Virus record (IMG/VR): IMGVR_UViG_2881085443_000001
Reading direction: 5' to 3' (one strand)
DNA length: 64,000 nt
Source of the DNA: an uncultured virus (IMG/VR IMGVR_UViG_2881085443_000001)
Lineage: Duplodnaviria; Heunggongvirae; Uroviricota; Caudoviricetes; Crassvirales
The position numbers and the translations under genes are program-made. Under the pieces are notes generated by a model. It had not been told where the DNA came from. It made no database searches and was given only the letters and a program-made list of their open reading frames with translations. Position 1 is the first letter of the stretch. The number at the start of each line of letters is the position of its first letter. Shown here piece after piece: positions 1 through 9,822 of the stretch.

Positions 1-435
1 TTAATCAGTAACTGATTTATTATTCATTAATTGTTCCAAGTCTTTAATTAAATTAAGATCCCTATCAGTTTCGCCTGTAGGGATTTCGTTTTTTACTAAT
101 TCGGTAATTTTTTCTTTAAATAGTATAGAATTGAAAAGAAGTTCAATTAACGATCTGGTATAATCGTTCTCGTGTTGTATATTTTGCAAGACGGAGCGTT
201 CAATGTTTACTTCTGCAGGCTCTCTCAGCATTTCTCCTTCACCTCTTAGCAACCATATTGGTGAAATATCTTTATAGGTATCAAGAATACTGTTTATAGT
301 ACTGTCTTTTAAATTAGATTGTCTTTTAATCGCAGTCTGAATACTGTTGTTAGACATGCCGGTTTCTTGTTCAAATGCGCTTATTGAAATCCCTTTAAAT
401 TTTATTAGTTTTTCTACCCTGTCTATTGGTTTCAT
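1..435 (-). CDS. XRE/CI-like phage repressor (N-terminal HTH)
   Basis: N-terminal HTH-like region (ISAFEQETGMSNNSI) followed by WLLRGEGEM, typical of Bacteroidetes phage repressors; divergent from the early operon; ATG at 435 preferred over TTG at 441. Confidence 0.75.
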   Translation of the reverse strand: MKPIDRVEKLIKFKGISISAFEQETGMSNNSIQTAIKRQSNLKDSTINSILDTYKDISPIWLLRGEGEMLREPAEVNIERSVLQNIQHENDYTRSLIELLFNSILFKEKITELVKNEIPTGETDRDLNLIKDLEQLMNNKSVTD

Positions 436-489
436 TATCAATTAGTTAGAATATTCTTTCAATTTATTTTAAAATAAATTAGAATATTG

Positions 490-520
490 TTTGCGTATTA
501 GAATAGTGTTTATATATTTG
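490..520 (+). promoter_or_regulatory. Bacteroidetes primary-sigma promoter for the early operon
   Basis: TTTG (490-493), 19-nt spacer, TATATTTG (513-520): matches the -33/-7 consensus TTTG-N19-21-TAnnTTTG. Confidence 0.75.
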
Positions 521-627
521 CTTCAACGAAAAAGCATATAAACTAAGATACAAATTTAATTATTTCTTTCAATTTATTTAAAGAAATATCTGTTTAAATA
601 CGTTTATAAACGATAAAGAACGAAAAT

Positions 628-804
628 ATGACTACATCTGAAATTTTCAACAACTACAATTTAGAGTTGACTAATAAAAGAATTCCAATAGGAACAGAGC
701 TGATTGAAGCTGGTTCAACAACGGATCCTGCAGACGTAGTTTTTCAAACTTCTTTCTCAGAATTATGCAAATCAAGTATTTCAAAAACCTTTTTTTTGGA
801 ATAA
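628..804 (+). CDS. small hypothetical protein (58 aa)
   Basis: ATG 628 after AACGAAAAT, open to TAA 802-804; below the ORF-track cutoff. Confidence 0.4.
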   Translation: MTTSEIFNNYNLELTNKRIPIGTELIEAGSTTDPADVVFQTSFSELCKSSISKTFFLE

Positions 805-856
805 ATAATATAAATTATTGTTACTATTAATATCAATTTAAATCTTAATTATTTTT

Positions 857-2212
857 ATGTCAAACGAAAACGAAAAAAAAGAATTACCTATTACCGAGAA
901 AGGATTAATTAGTATCCAGGATCTGACTCCTGCTAATTTCTTAAACGTGGACCTTTTCAAAAGCAACCAACAACAATTGATCGATAACAACCCGGTTATT
1001 GAAATTGTAGATGAAGCCACTTTTAAAATTTCTGACACCAGCAGGAAAGCATTAAAAAAAGGGAGAACAACTACAAACGCTTCCAAAAAAATTGATATTG
1101 ATGCTTTAAAAAACAATATACTTGAACCTTTGATAGCTACCTACGACGAGATTGCTACAATGACACAACCACTGGAAGAGCTACACGATGCCAATTGTGA
1201 AGCCTGGAAAGCGAAAATTGCTGCAATCGAAAAAGCCAAAGCCGAAGCGGAAGAGTTGAGAAAATCAACAATCAAAAATACGATTGCTGAATTTCAGGAC
1301 ACTTGGAATGATAAACTTACGAAACTGGATTATAACGGTATTGAAGCACTTGACGCTGAATTTACCAAATTTACTGAAGATTTAGTTTTAGAAGACTTTC
1401 AAGAGTTTCAAATTGAGTTTTCAGTAAAGCATCAAGCTGTTTTAGATCGTTTAAAATCGTCCGTGACACTTCTTACTCAAAACGAAGAAACAAGGCTAGA
1501 AAACGAACGATTACTTGCCTATAATGTTAGACTAGAAGCATTACTTTTTATAGGCGCCACTATTTCTGAACTTGGAATTACACTAGTTAATACCGCTACA
1601 GAAGATCCTTCTGAATTTGTTTCTAAAGAAAATCTAAAGTCAATGACTGTAGAAGATTGGAATATCTGCTGTAATTCATTTATTAAAGTAAATAAAGCCA
1701 ACGAAGCTAAAATTTTAGAAGACCGTTCCAAAGCCAGGGTAAAACAAATCAAGGATTTATCTTTTGTATTAAATAAAGAGAATAAAAGTTATGATTTTGA
1801 GCTAAAAGACAAATCAAAAATTGAATGCTTTTTTAGTCATATCAAATCAGGTACAGATGTTCATTGGAATGATCTTATAAAAGACTGGAATTTATTAATA
1901 GAAGAGGACAAAAAACCAATTCCGGAACCTGTAGAAGAAATTGCTGCTGTAATTCCTAAAGTAAGTATCCCGGCAGAAAACATAGTAGTAATTGAAGCTA
2001 AAGTAGTTGTTCCAGCAACACCGATAATCGAACAGCCAAAACCTATAAAAGTAACCGCAGCAGCAACAACAATTGAAGAGCCGGAAGAAGTTATACTAGA
2101 AGGCTGGCCCGCTATCGTATTGGAGTACTTCAATAGTGCGATGGAAGAGCCTACTCTTCTAAGCTTCTTAAGCTTCTTAGAAGAAAATTATAATCCACCA
2201 ACCCCAAAATAA
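857..2212 (+). CDS. hypothetical coiled-coil protein of the recombination module
   Basis: 451-aa ORF, helical charged N-half, Pro/Val/Glu-rich C-terminal linker. Confidence 0.6.
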   Translation: MSNENEKKELPITEKGLISIQDLTPANFLNVDLFKSNQQQLIDNNPVIEIVDEATFKISDTSRKALKKGRTTTNASKKIDIDALKNNILEPLIATYDEIATMTQPLEELHDANCEAWKAKIAAIEKAKAEAEELRKSTIKNTIAEFQDTWNDKLTKLDYNGIEALDAEFTKFTEDLVLEDFQEFQIEFSVKHQAVLDRLKSSVTLLTQNEETRLENERLLAYNVRLEALLFIGATISELGITLVNTATEDPSEFVSKENLKSMTVEDWNICCNSFIKVNKANEAKILEDRSKARVKQIKDLSFVLNKENKSYDFELKDKSKIECFFSHIKSGTDVHWNDLIKDWNLLIEEDKKPIPEPVEEIAAVIPKVSIPAENIVVIEAKVVVPATPIIEQPKPIKVTAAATTIEEPEEVILEGWPAIVLEYFNSAMEEPTLLSFLSFLEENYNPPTPK

Positions 2213-2214
2213 TT

Positions 2215-2481
2215 ATGGAAGTCACAATGAAACTTTCTGACGAAAATATTAACGCTATAGCGGTAAGAGTAGTCGAAATTCAAAATCAAAATAATCCTAA
2301 GCCAGAAACCGAATCAAAATCCAATTTGTTTACCGTAAAGCAAGTAGCGGCATGGACTAAAAAAACAGAAAACACTATCGCCAGACACATTAGAGATAAA
2401 ATTCTAAAAGCGGATAAAGTGGGTAAAAGCTGGCTAATAACTGAAGAAAACTTTAACAAATACATAAACAATGAACAATAG
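2215..2481 (+). CDS. excisionase-like HTH_17 DNA-binding protein
   Basis: LFTVKQVAAW...TIARHIRDKILKADKVGKSWLI fits the Xis/HTH_17 pattern. Confidence 0.75.
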   Translation: MEVTMKLSDENINAIAVRVVEIQNQNNPKPETESKSNLFTVKQVAAWTKKTENTIARHIRDKILKADKVGKSWLITEENFNKYINNEQ

Positions 2482-2725
2482 ATTTTACGTTGCCTCAGAA
2501 AAATTACAAGACATAGCAAACCTACTAATTGAAAAAGGTTATACAGAATTGGACGAAGTTGTTTCTCCAGATGAATTAGCTGATAAGCTTTTTATCGATA
2601 CCAAAAGAGAAACATTCTATTTTACAGACGAACAATGTGTAAAAGAAACAAATGAAATTTTAATCGAGAAATACAAAGTTTCTTATCAGTCAACCACCTT
2701 AAAAAAATTGAAATTATGGAAGTAG
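2471..2725 (+). CDS. hypothetical protein
   Basis: 84-aa ORF overlapping both neighbours in the operon. Confidence 0.6.
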   Translation: MNNRFYVASEKLQDIANLLIEKGYTELDEVVSPDELADKLFIDTKRETFYFTDEQCVKETNEILIEKYKVSYQSTTLKKLKLWK

Positions 2726-3651
2726 AAAAAATAGATCACTTAGAACTTTGGCATAAAGTTGAAAAAACAAATCCAAAGTACACTAAGAGCGCAAACGTAA
2801 AAGGCAATCAAATTACTAGCATAGGTCCACAATTTCAGATAATGAATGTAACGGAACAGTTTGGATCTTATGGAGCTACCTGGGGATTTAAAAATATAGA
2901 GTTGGATTATTCATTAGTTGCTACAGCGTTTAAAAGAGAAAAATCAGAAGGAGTTTATCCAAATAAAAAAATAGTTGGAACCGAAGATGCTTATATGGGT
3001 TTAGTAGTATTCAAAGCTGATTTCTTTTATCCTGGAGGGGAATTCCCAATAATTAACTCCATTAGTTTATTCACTAACAATGACATGACGAAACTGGACG
3101 ATAATTTTGCTAAAAAACTGGAAACAGATACGCTGACTAAAGCAATATCTAAACTTGGTTTTAATGCTGATATTTTTCTAGGGAAATTTGATGATACCCG
3201 ATATGTAGAAGAAATGAAAAACGAATTCAATCCTCCTGCAGCTCCGGTGCCACCAGCTCCAAAACCGCCAAAGCCACCTAAAGTAATTGATGCCACATCA
3301 TTAAAAGCAATATTGCTAAGTGATTTAAAAGGATTGAATGCCACCATTGACGGGATCACTAATAAAAAAGTGATTGCAACAGCTGAACAAATCCTGCAGA
3401 TACAAAACAAGATTGTAGAGCTAACACCAGCGCCGGAAACGCCAGCAGAACCAGAACCGGAAAAAGTAATGACTTCAGAAGGACCAGAATCGCCATGGAT
3501 TACACCGGATCAGGTAAATACAGCTTTAGAAAGTACAGTGAAGCAATTGAAGTCAACTATTAATGTGATCAAAAAAGGAAAGCTTAAAGCCAGAGCTGGT
3601 GATTTAAAATTACTGGAAGATAAGCTAGCTAAATTAGAAAAAGTAGTTTAA
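2716..3651 (+). CDS. Rad52/Sak-like single-strand annealing protein
   Basis: LWHKVEKTNPKYTK...TEQFGSYGATWG...KKLETDTLTKAISKLGFNADIF pattern; adjacent to a nuclease and SSB. Confidence 0.6.
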   Translation: MEVEKIDHLELWHKVEKTNPKYTKSANVKGNQITSIGPQFQIMNVTEQFGSYGATWGFKNIELDYSLVATAFKREKSEGVYPNKKIVGTEDAYMGLVVFKADFFYPGGEFPIINSISLFTNNDMTKLDDNFAKKLETDTLTKAISKLGFNADIFLGKFDDTRYVEEMKNEFNPPAAPVPPAPKPPKPPKVIDATSLKAILLSDLKGLNATIDGITNKKVIATAEQILQIQNKIVELTPAPETPAEPEPEKVMTSEGPESPWITPDQVNTALESTVKQLKSTINVIKKGKLKARAGDLKLLEDKLAKLEKVV

Positions 3652-3653
3652 TA

Positions 3654-4622
3654 ATGGGATTGTCTAAACAAACATTCGAAGATATGAACCAGCAGCAAGA
3701 ACAGATTATTCCAGTACCGGAGCAAGAACCAACTCCAAGAGAAATTTTAATAGAGAAAATTAGAAAGAAACAATTGCGATTGTCATTCTCTTCTTTAAAA
3801 TCGTTTACTTCTCCAAAAGAATTTTTAGAATACAAACTAAAAAAATTCAAAGCAAGTCCAGATATGATTTTTGGATCCTTATGCCACGTGCTTATTTTGC
3901 AGCCGCATTTATTTGACGAAAAATTTGTAGTAGTTTCCAAAGGACCTTCAACAGATAATCAGATTGCTTTTGCTGCAGATTATTTATCCGGATTACCAAT
4001 TGAAGAGGCTTATAGCAACAATTATAAAACAGGGAGTCATACCAAGATTTACGAGGAACTGAAAGATTATTTTGCAGCAGTACAATCTGGTAAAGAGATC
4101 ATCACGAATGAAGTGTACGACAAAGCAAAAAAACTAACTGATTATCTCATTAGTACTCCTTTATTTTTAAAATACCTGGAAGTATTATCAGATGTAGAAG
4201 TCGAGGTAAAATGGGTAGCAAACGGCTGGTATTTCTTAGGATATATTGACGGCCAAATTACCGGTTTAAAGTTTGACCTAAAATACACCAAGAATGCCAA
4301 TCCGGATGCTTTTGAACGTGATATTGTCAAAATGAAATATTACATGCAGGCCGGAATGTATGATGATGCTACACCAGGAACACTGGATAAATATGTAATC
4401 ATTGCTTTTGATGCCAAAGGGAATTTTTGTGATATTGTTATTGATCGTTCATTTATCGAATACGGCAAACGAGAATACAAATACCTTTTATCCATGCTCG
4501 AAAAATGCGCTGCAGAGGACCGATGGGAAGAAAGTTATAATTTCTTTGATCATTCACAACGTACACTTTTTAAACCTAAATATCTAAAAGGATTCGCGAC
4601 TGATCCTGACGGTATTGAATAA
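3654..4622 (+). CDS. PD-(D/E)XK exonuclease (RecE/ExoVIII-like)
   Basis: LSFSSLKSF, FGSLCH, GYIDG...DLKYT and YYMQAGMY motifs. Confidence 0.75.
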   Translation: MGLSKQTFEDMNQQQEQIIPVPEQEPTPREILIEKIRKKQLRLSFSSLKSFTSPKEFLEYKLKKFKASPDMIFGSLCHVLILQPHLFDEKFVVVSKGPSTDNQIAFAADYLSGLPIEEAYSNNYKTGSHTKIYEELKDYFAAVQSGKEIITNEVYDKAKKLTDYLISTPLFLKYLEVLSDVEVEVKWVANGWYFLGYIDGQITGLKFDLKYTKNANPDAFERDIVKMKYYMQAGMYDDATPGTLDKYVIIAFDAKGNFCDIVIDRSFIEYGKREYKYLLSMLEKCAAEDRWEESYNFFDHSQRTLFKPKYLKGFATDPDGIE

Positions 4623-4633
4623 TCTCAAACGAA

Positions 4634-5134
4634 ATGTCAACAACAATAAAAAACGAAAAATTATTTTGCACTAATTGTGGCGGTGAATTTACTTTAAAAT
4701 TTCCTTTACAGATTCCTGAAATGAATAGCAAAATCAAATTATTTGCCGATTTACACAAAGATTGCGAACAAACGTATGTAGAGCCAGTAGCGGATCAATC
4801 AAAAGATATTGAAACAAAGGCTTTATGGTGGATCGCAAACGGACACGTAGGTTTAAGTTCGAAAACAATGTGGCTGTTTTTTCTACACCAAGATAACCCT
4901 CTAATTAACCATCCGCATGATCCAGATGATTTTAGCAGATGTTACAAATTATTAGAAGCGGTCCCGGAATGGAAAGGAAGAATATTAGAACTTTCGAAAC
5001 TATCTCTTCCTTGGAAAAATTTAGCCGAAAACTGGGAGAAGCTTACAGCAATGTACGAGCAAAACAAAAAAGAGGATTGGAAAAATTCAGAAAAAATTGG
5101 CATGTACGAATTCATGCAAACATTAACTAGATAA
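4634..5134 (+). CDS. hypothetical phage protein with N-terminal CxxC
   Basis: 166-aa ORF with CTNC and HPHDPDDFSRC. Confidence 0.65.
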   Translation: MSTTIKNEKLFCTNCGGEFTLKFPLQIPEMNSKIKLFADLHKDCEQTYVEPVADQSKDIETKALWWIANGHVGLSSKTMWLFFLHQDNPLINHPHDPDDFSRCYKLLEAVPEWKGRILELSKLSLPWKNLAENWEKLTAMYEQNKKEDWKNSEKIGMYEFMQTLTR

Positions 5135-5161
5135 TAAAAACAACTTTTAAAAATAAAAAAA

Positions 5162-5548
5162 ATGCAAGTAGAAGGAAAAATTAAAATGATTGGAGAAGTA
5201 AAAAAGGTAGGTGCCGGTGATTTTGTCAAAATAGAATTGGTAGTGACCACCGAAGAGCAATACCCACAACATATTCTAATTGAATTTGTTCAGGATAAAG
5301 TTGATTTAGTAGATCCGTACAAAGTAGGCGAAGCGGTAAAAGTCTCTATAAATTTGAGAGGCCGTGAATGGGTAGATCCACAAGGAGTAACTAAATATTT
5401 CAACCAGATCCAAGGCTGGAGAATTGAGCGCCAGGATACGTCAAAGCACCCACAACCAGCTGCTGACAACGCAGCACAATACAAAGCTCCGGCTCCGGCT
5501 GCTGCTCTACCTTCAGAAGAGGAAGAAGACGACGACTTGCCTTTTTAA
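5162..5548 (+). CDS. single-stranded DNA-binding protein (DUF3127 family)
   Basis: OB-fold-like INLRGREW...YFNQIQGWRI and acidic tail ending DDDLPF. Confidence 0.85.
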   Translation: MQVEGKIKMIGEVKKVGAGDFVKIELVVTTEEQYPQHILIEFVQDKVDLVDPYKVGEAVKVSINLRGREWVDPQGVTKYFNQIQGWRIERQDTSKHPQPAADNAAQYKAPAPAAALPSEEEEDDDLPF

Positions 5549-5553
5549 TATAA

Positions 5554-5727
5554 ATGGAAACCGATTTTTTTATCGTTCCGGCACTCTATGATCAAAGCAC
5601 GTATTTTCTGTTCAGAGATTATGCAATTGAAATAAAATTCACAGTCATAGCAGGAACAATAAGAATAATTGGCAAAGGCTACCTATTACCAGGAGAAGTC
5701 ACATTCATAAAAGAGAATTTTGCATGA
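5554..5727 (+). CDS. small hypothetical protein (57 aa)
   Basis: ATG 5554 to TGA 5725-5727 fills the gap after the SSB gene. Confidence 0.45.
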   Translation: METDFFIVPALYDQSTYFLFRDYAIEIKFTVIAGTIRIIGKGYLLPGEVTFIKENFA

Positions 5728-5769
5728 TATTTTTAGTACAAATAATTTGTATTATCAGTATAACTTTCC

Positions 5770-5882
5770 TAAGTTTGCTCCGTAGATCATCCACCTACAT
5801 TAAGAGCTACTGGTTTTTAAACCAAAACAACCTTTAAATGAAACGGAGTGGATGCCGGTTGATTTTAAAGGTTTTGTTTTTT
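5770..5882 (+). promoter_or_regulatory. promoter plus structured leader/attenuator of the replication operon
   Basis: TAAGTTTG at 5770-5777, then two hairpins with complementary loops and a long stem followed by a T-run. Confidence 0.55.
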
Positions 5883-5888
5883 AATGAT

Positions 5889-6161
5889 ATGAGTCTATTA
5901 CCTCAACCAAAAAGCAACCGGCAAGAAGTGTTACTAACGCTAATAAAAAACGGCAAAGTATCAATTGAAGATTATCCATACTTATCCGGTTTCAGGACCA
6001 GAGTTTCTGAATTGACATTAGAACATGGATTAATACTGAAATCAAAACCGGTGAATGCTAAAAATAAGTTTGGCCGCACAATTACCTATGTTGAACATCA
6101 TTTAGAAGAAAATGAAATTGAAAACGCAATTGCAATCTATAACTCGATAAATAATTTATGA
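5889..6161 (+). CDS. small winged-HTH protein
   Basis: YLSGFRTRVSELTLEHGLIL pattern; ATG 5889 preferred over 5838, which lies inside the leader hairpin. Confidence 0.55.
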   Translation: MSLLPQPKSNRQEVLLTLIKNGKVSIEDYPYLSGFRTRVSELTLEHGLILKSKPVNAKNKFGRTITYVEHHLEENEIENAIAIYNSINNL

Positions 6162-6514
6162 CTTATTTAGAAAAACTTAAAAGTCCTAAATGGCAAAAAA
6201 AAAGGCTTGAAATATTAGAAAGAGATAATTTTTCTTGTAAATGTTGTGGCGATTTTGAAACAAGTCTTCATGTTCATCATACAAAATACTTAGCTAATAC
6301 TGATCCTTGGGAATATGAAAATGATTCTTTAATAACACTTTGCGAAACGTGTCATGCAGAAGTTACTTGGAAGAAAAAAGAGGTGAAAAGAATAATTGAT
6401 GAAGAGTTTATTTATCCAGACTTATTATCTGAATTACATCTTTTATTATTAGAGGTAAGTAAAATGAACCCATATACAATTTTAGAATTAACAAAATCAA
6501 TTACTCATGAGTAA
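6158..6514 (+). CDS. HNH endonuclease
   Basis: RDNFSCKCCG...LHVHH...LITLCETCH. Confidence 0.9.
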   Translation: MTYLEKLKSPKWQKKRLEILERDNFSCKCCGDFETSLHVHHTKYLANTDPWEYENDSLITLCETCHAEVTWKKKEVKRIIDEEFIYPDLLSELHLLLLEVSKMNPYTILELTKSITHE

Positions 6515-7268
6515 AGATCCAGCATTTTTGTTTTATCACCAAGACTTCTTCACCGGAGTTTCAGACATGACAAATGAAGAAACCGGAGCTTACATAAAAT
6601 GCATGTGTATTCAGGCTTCAAAAAACGGTATTTCTGAAAAACATATGTCAATCATATGTCAATCAAGTGATATACATAATTTAATCAAAAGCAAGTTTGT
6701 TTTGAATATAGAAACAAATTTATTCGAAAATTTAAGATTAAAAACGGAGATAGAAAAAAGAAAAAGATACTCCGAAAGTCGCTCTACCAATAGAAAAAAA
6801 GGTTTAAAAGATATTAATAAAGACGGTTTCATATCTAAATCATATGATAAACATATGGAAAATGAAATTGAAATTGAAGATGAAATTGAAAATACAAATG
6901 AAAAAGGAGAAAAAGCAAAAATTGATTTCAAAAAAATAGTTGACGCTTTTAATATGGTTTGTAATAACTCTCCACAAGTGGAAAAAATAACGGAGTCAAG
7001 GAAAACAGCTCTCAGAAAAATAATTAAGGAAAATGGACTAGAAAAATTAGGAGAGGCATTCCAAAAAGTTTCTGAAAGTGATTTTTTAAACGGAGCTGGA
7101 CCTACAGGATGGAAAGCAGATTTTGACTGGATATTAAAAACCAACAATTTCGTAAAAATACTTGAAGGTAATTACCAAAACAAAAAAAGTTCCGCGGAAA
7201 AAGAAAAGCCACTAGCCGGACGAATGACCGAGACAGCAATCAAAAACAGTATCAACGCATTTATATAA
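6507..7268 (+). CDS. phage replication initiator (DUF1376/O-like)
   Basis: N-terminal KDPAFLFYHQDF...MTNEETGAYI and C-terminal WKADFDWIL...KILEGNY. Confidence 0.75.
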   Translation: MSKDPAFLFYHQDFFTGVSDMTNEETGAYIKCMCIQASKNGISEKHMSIICQSSDIHNLIKSKFVLNIETNLFENLRLKTEIEKRKRYSESRSTNRKKGLKDINKDGFISKSYDKHMENEIEIEDEIENTNEKGEKAKIDFKKIVDAFNMVCNNSPQVEKITESRKTALRKIIKENGLEKLGEAFQKVSESDFLNGAGPTGWKADFDWILKTNNFVKILEGNYQNKKSSAEKEKPLAGRMTETAIKNSINAFI

Positions 7269-7272
7269 GCAA

Positions 7273-8130
7273 ATGGAAAACAATCATTACAGAATAGATA
7301 CCGCAGCGCTACAGGTGCAGCAAGAAATAAGAGTAAGTGATTCCATTGCTATAATCGAACAAAAATGCATGCTCGCTCCGGTCCAGTTCTTAAAATCGAA
7401 CTTAGATAACAAAAAGTTAAGAGAAAGAACAACGGAGCCGGATATTAAGATCACTATTGGGACCATGCTTATCAAAATTGGAACGCTGGCCGGCATAAAA
7501 AATGAAATAGATTCTTTGGTAGGTCAAGACATTATGAGGATGATTTTAACCACGTATGCTGATCTAACCTTGGAAGAAATATACAAAGCGTTTGAATTAG
7601 AAAGATACGGAAGCTTCGAGGACAAAACAGAACATTTTCAGCTTTTTAATGCGGATTACATCGCTAAGATTCTGAAAAAATACAAAAATTGGAAACTGAA
7701 TATGAAAATGAATCACGATATATCGAAAAACAGCACTTTGCAACTTGCTGCAGTTACCGAAGGACAAAAGGAACAAATCCTGATTGATGGCGTAAACAGA
7801 GTTTTTCAGGAATATCAGGAAACTAACACAATATCGGATCCAAGTGAATATATTTTTGACTTCCTGGTTGAAAAAGGAAAAATAAAAAATAGCAATAATC
7901 CGAAATTGCTGGAGTATTACCAATTGAAACTGCAGCAAGCCAAAACAGAACTATCAAAAGAGCAATCTAAAAAAACATCTACAGATAAACTAGAGCGCCA
8001 GCGCATCAAAGTAGATATGGAACAAATTGTAGCAGGTTATTCGCCAAAAATCATTATCCGGGCCAAAAGAAATATCCTAAAGGAATACTTCGACAAGCAA
8101 ATTTCATTAAAAGCAGAAAAAATAATTTAA
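7273..8130 (+). CDS. hypothetical replication-associated protein
   Basis: 285-aa ORF directly after the initiator; function inferred from position only. Confidence 0.55.
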   Translation: MENNHYRIDTAALQVQQEIRVSDSIAIIEQKCMLAPVQFLKSNLDNKKLRERTTEPDIKITIGTMLIKIGTLAGIKNEIDSLVGQDIMRMILTTYADLTLEEIYKAFELERYGSFEDKTEHFQLFNADYIAKILKKYKNWKLNMKMNHDISKNSTLQLAAVTEGQKEQILIDGVNRVFQEYQETNTISDPSEYIFDFLVEKGKIKNSNNPKLLEYYQLKLQQAKTELSKEQSKKTSTDKLERQRIKVDMEQIVAGYSPKIIIRAKRNILKEYFDKQISLKAEKII

Positions 8131-8131
8131 C

Positions 8132-8686
8132 ATGACTGTAACCAACAACTTTTTACCAAAACAAGCATTCAAGGACCTGCAGGAATACTGTGCAGCAAAT
8201 GAATTCCAGATTGTAAAAGCAGCAGACAGAGAATTTTCAGTACTGGATACTCCAAAATATTTACTGGAATTTTTTAAAATTCCGGGATACGAATTGGTAC
8301 TGACATTTATCCGAAGTGCTTACGCTGGTTTCGATATGGATCTAAACATTCACGCTGATAATCTGGTAAACGGCCACAAGACAGCAATTGCTTCAGTTTT
8401 GTATATCAACGAGCAACTGGGAACTACTCCAAACGGCACTTGTTTTTATAATCATAAAACTCATGGTCCTGAACTTACTGCAGCAGTTACAAACGAAGAG
8501 TTTGATCGGTTAATCATTGAAGACGCAAACGACGAAACCAAATGGGAAAAAACAGATGTAGTCACCAGTTACCCAAACCGATTACTAAAATACAATGCAC
8601 AAAGCTTCCATAGTAAATATCCTAAAGAAATAACCCAAGGAAAGAGAATCGTGCTGGTATGTTTCTACAAAAAAAATAAAAATTAA
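8132..8686 (+). CDS. 2OG-Fe(II) oxygenase family protein
   Basis: IHAD (HxD), GTCFY, NRLLKY...FHS...R motifs. Confidence 0.75.
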   Translation: MTVTNNFLPKQAFKDLQEYCAANEFQIVKAADREFSVLDTPKYLLEFFKIPGYELVLTFIRSAYAGFDMDLNIHADNLVNGHKTAIASVLYINEQLGTTPNGTCFYNHKTHGPELTAAVTNEEFDRLIIEDANDETKWEKTDVVTSYPNRLLKYNAQSFHSKYPKEITQGKRIVLVCFYKKNKN

Positions 8687-8720
8687 AAACCCGATTGCAA
8701 GGGAAAGTGCTACAACGCTT

Positions 8721-8942
8721 ATGGCAAAGGTAAAAAAAGGTCGTCTTATCAACGTTGATAATTCGAAAAGAGAGTTTGGTGCAGCTTTATCGTATAAAGC
8801 TATTTGGGTAGAGGATTCTAACGGTATAAATGAGCGTTGCTTGTTGTTTACCGATGCCGAGATTAAGAAAGCGGAACAGCGTGCTAAGAAGAATCAGGAG
8901 GATTTAACAAAAAAGGGTTTCTGGAGTAACATATTAGATTAA
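8721..8942 (+). CDS. hypothetical protein
   Basis: 73-aa ORF in operon. Confidence 0.55.
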   Translation: MAKVKKGRLINVDNSKREFGAALSYKAIWVEDSNGINERCLLFTDAEIKKAEQRAKKNQEDLTKKGFWSNILD

Positions 8943-8944
8943 CC

Positions 8945-9172
8945 ATGCTAATTAAATCCCTGCATCACGATCATTTTCATACGCAAGATTGCGTGGTTTT
9001 TGAAACCGTTCAAACAAATGAAGGTTTTCTTGATGTAGTGGTTTTAATATTAGATTGCTATTACCCAAACCACAAAATACTCACGGAAGCAATGATAGAT
9101 TACCTCAACAGGTATATAGAAATGTTTCCACCAAAACAACCAGAAGCTAACGAACAATTAGCCTTATTTTAA
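8945..9172 (+). CDS. hypothetical protein
   Basis: 75-aa ORF ending QLALF, a clamp-binding-like pentapeptide. Confidence 0.5.
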   Translation: MLIKSLHHDHFHTQDCVVFETVQTNEGFLDVVVLILDCYYPNHKILTEAMIDYLNRYIEMFPPKQPEANEQLALF

Positions 9173-9204
9173 ACCGATTGGGAAATCAAATAAAAACGAA
9201 AATT

Positions 9205-9807
9205 ATGCAAGTAAAATTTATCAATTCGACGGAGGTTAAATACACTCATTTAAAAAACATCGCAAGTAACGATGATCTACGTCCGGTAATGTGCGGAGTT
9301 TACATTGACTTCAAAGAAAAAAAATTAGTAGCTACAGATGCTCATGTGCTAATAGCCTATCCAATTGAAATTACAGATAACGATTCTGAATTAGAAGGCG
9401 TTATTGTTCCTGTAGAATATTTTAATAGGCTGCGATACATGGTTGCTTTGCCTACTAAAAGCAAAATGACATTAGATATTGAATATATTCTTACTGATAC
9501 CTATGCGGAGATTCACTGGTTCGGAGAAATGATTTACAGATGTAAATATATCGAAGGTAAATACCCTCAATATAACAATCCAGCTATAATTCCAAATCCA
9601 AAAGACTTTCCAGAGAAACCTGCAGAAGTTGGCATAAATGCTCATATTCTAAAAAAAATGCTTTTAGGGATTCCAAGTGCAAATCCACAAACGTTGAGAA
9701 TGGAAACCACAACTGCTAATAAAGCAATTTTATTCACGACCACTAATTTAGATTACGATAGGCAAATTATCGCAATCGTTATGCCGGCAATGTTAAACGC
9801 AATCTAA
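9205..9807 (+). CDS. DNA polymerase III beta-clamp-like protein (short, about 200 aa)
   Basis: ASNDDLRPVMCGVY...LVATDAHVL, IEGKYPQY and IVMP motifs of DnaN domains 2-3. Confidence 0.7.
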   Translation: MQVKFINSTEVKYTHLKNIASNDDLRPVMCGVYIDFKEKKLVATDAHVLIAYPIEITDNDSELEGVIVPVEYFNRLRYMVALPTKSKMTLDIEYILTDTYAEIHWFGEMIYRCKYIEGKYPQYNNPAIIPNPKDFPEKPAEVGINAHILKKMLLGIPSANPQTLRMETTTANKAILFTTTNLDYDRQIIAIVMPAMLNAI

Positions 9808-9822
9808 AACCAAACGAAAATT

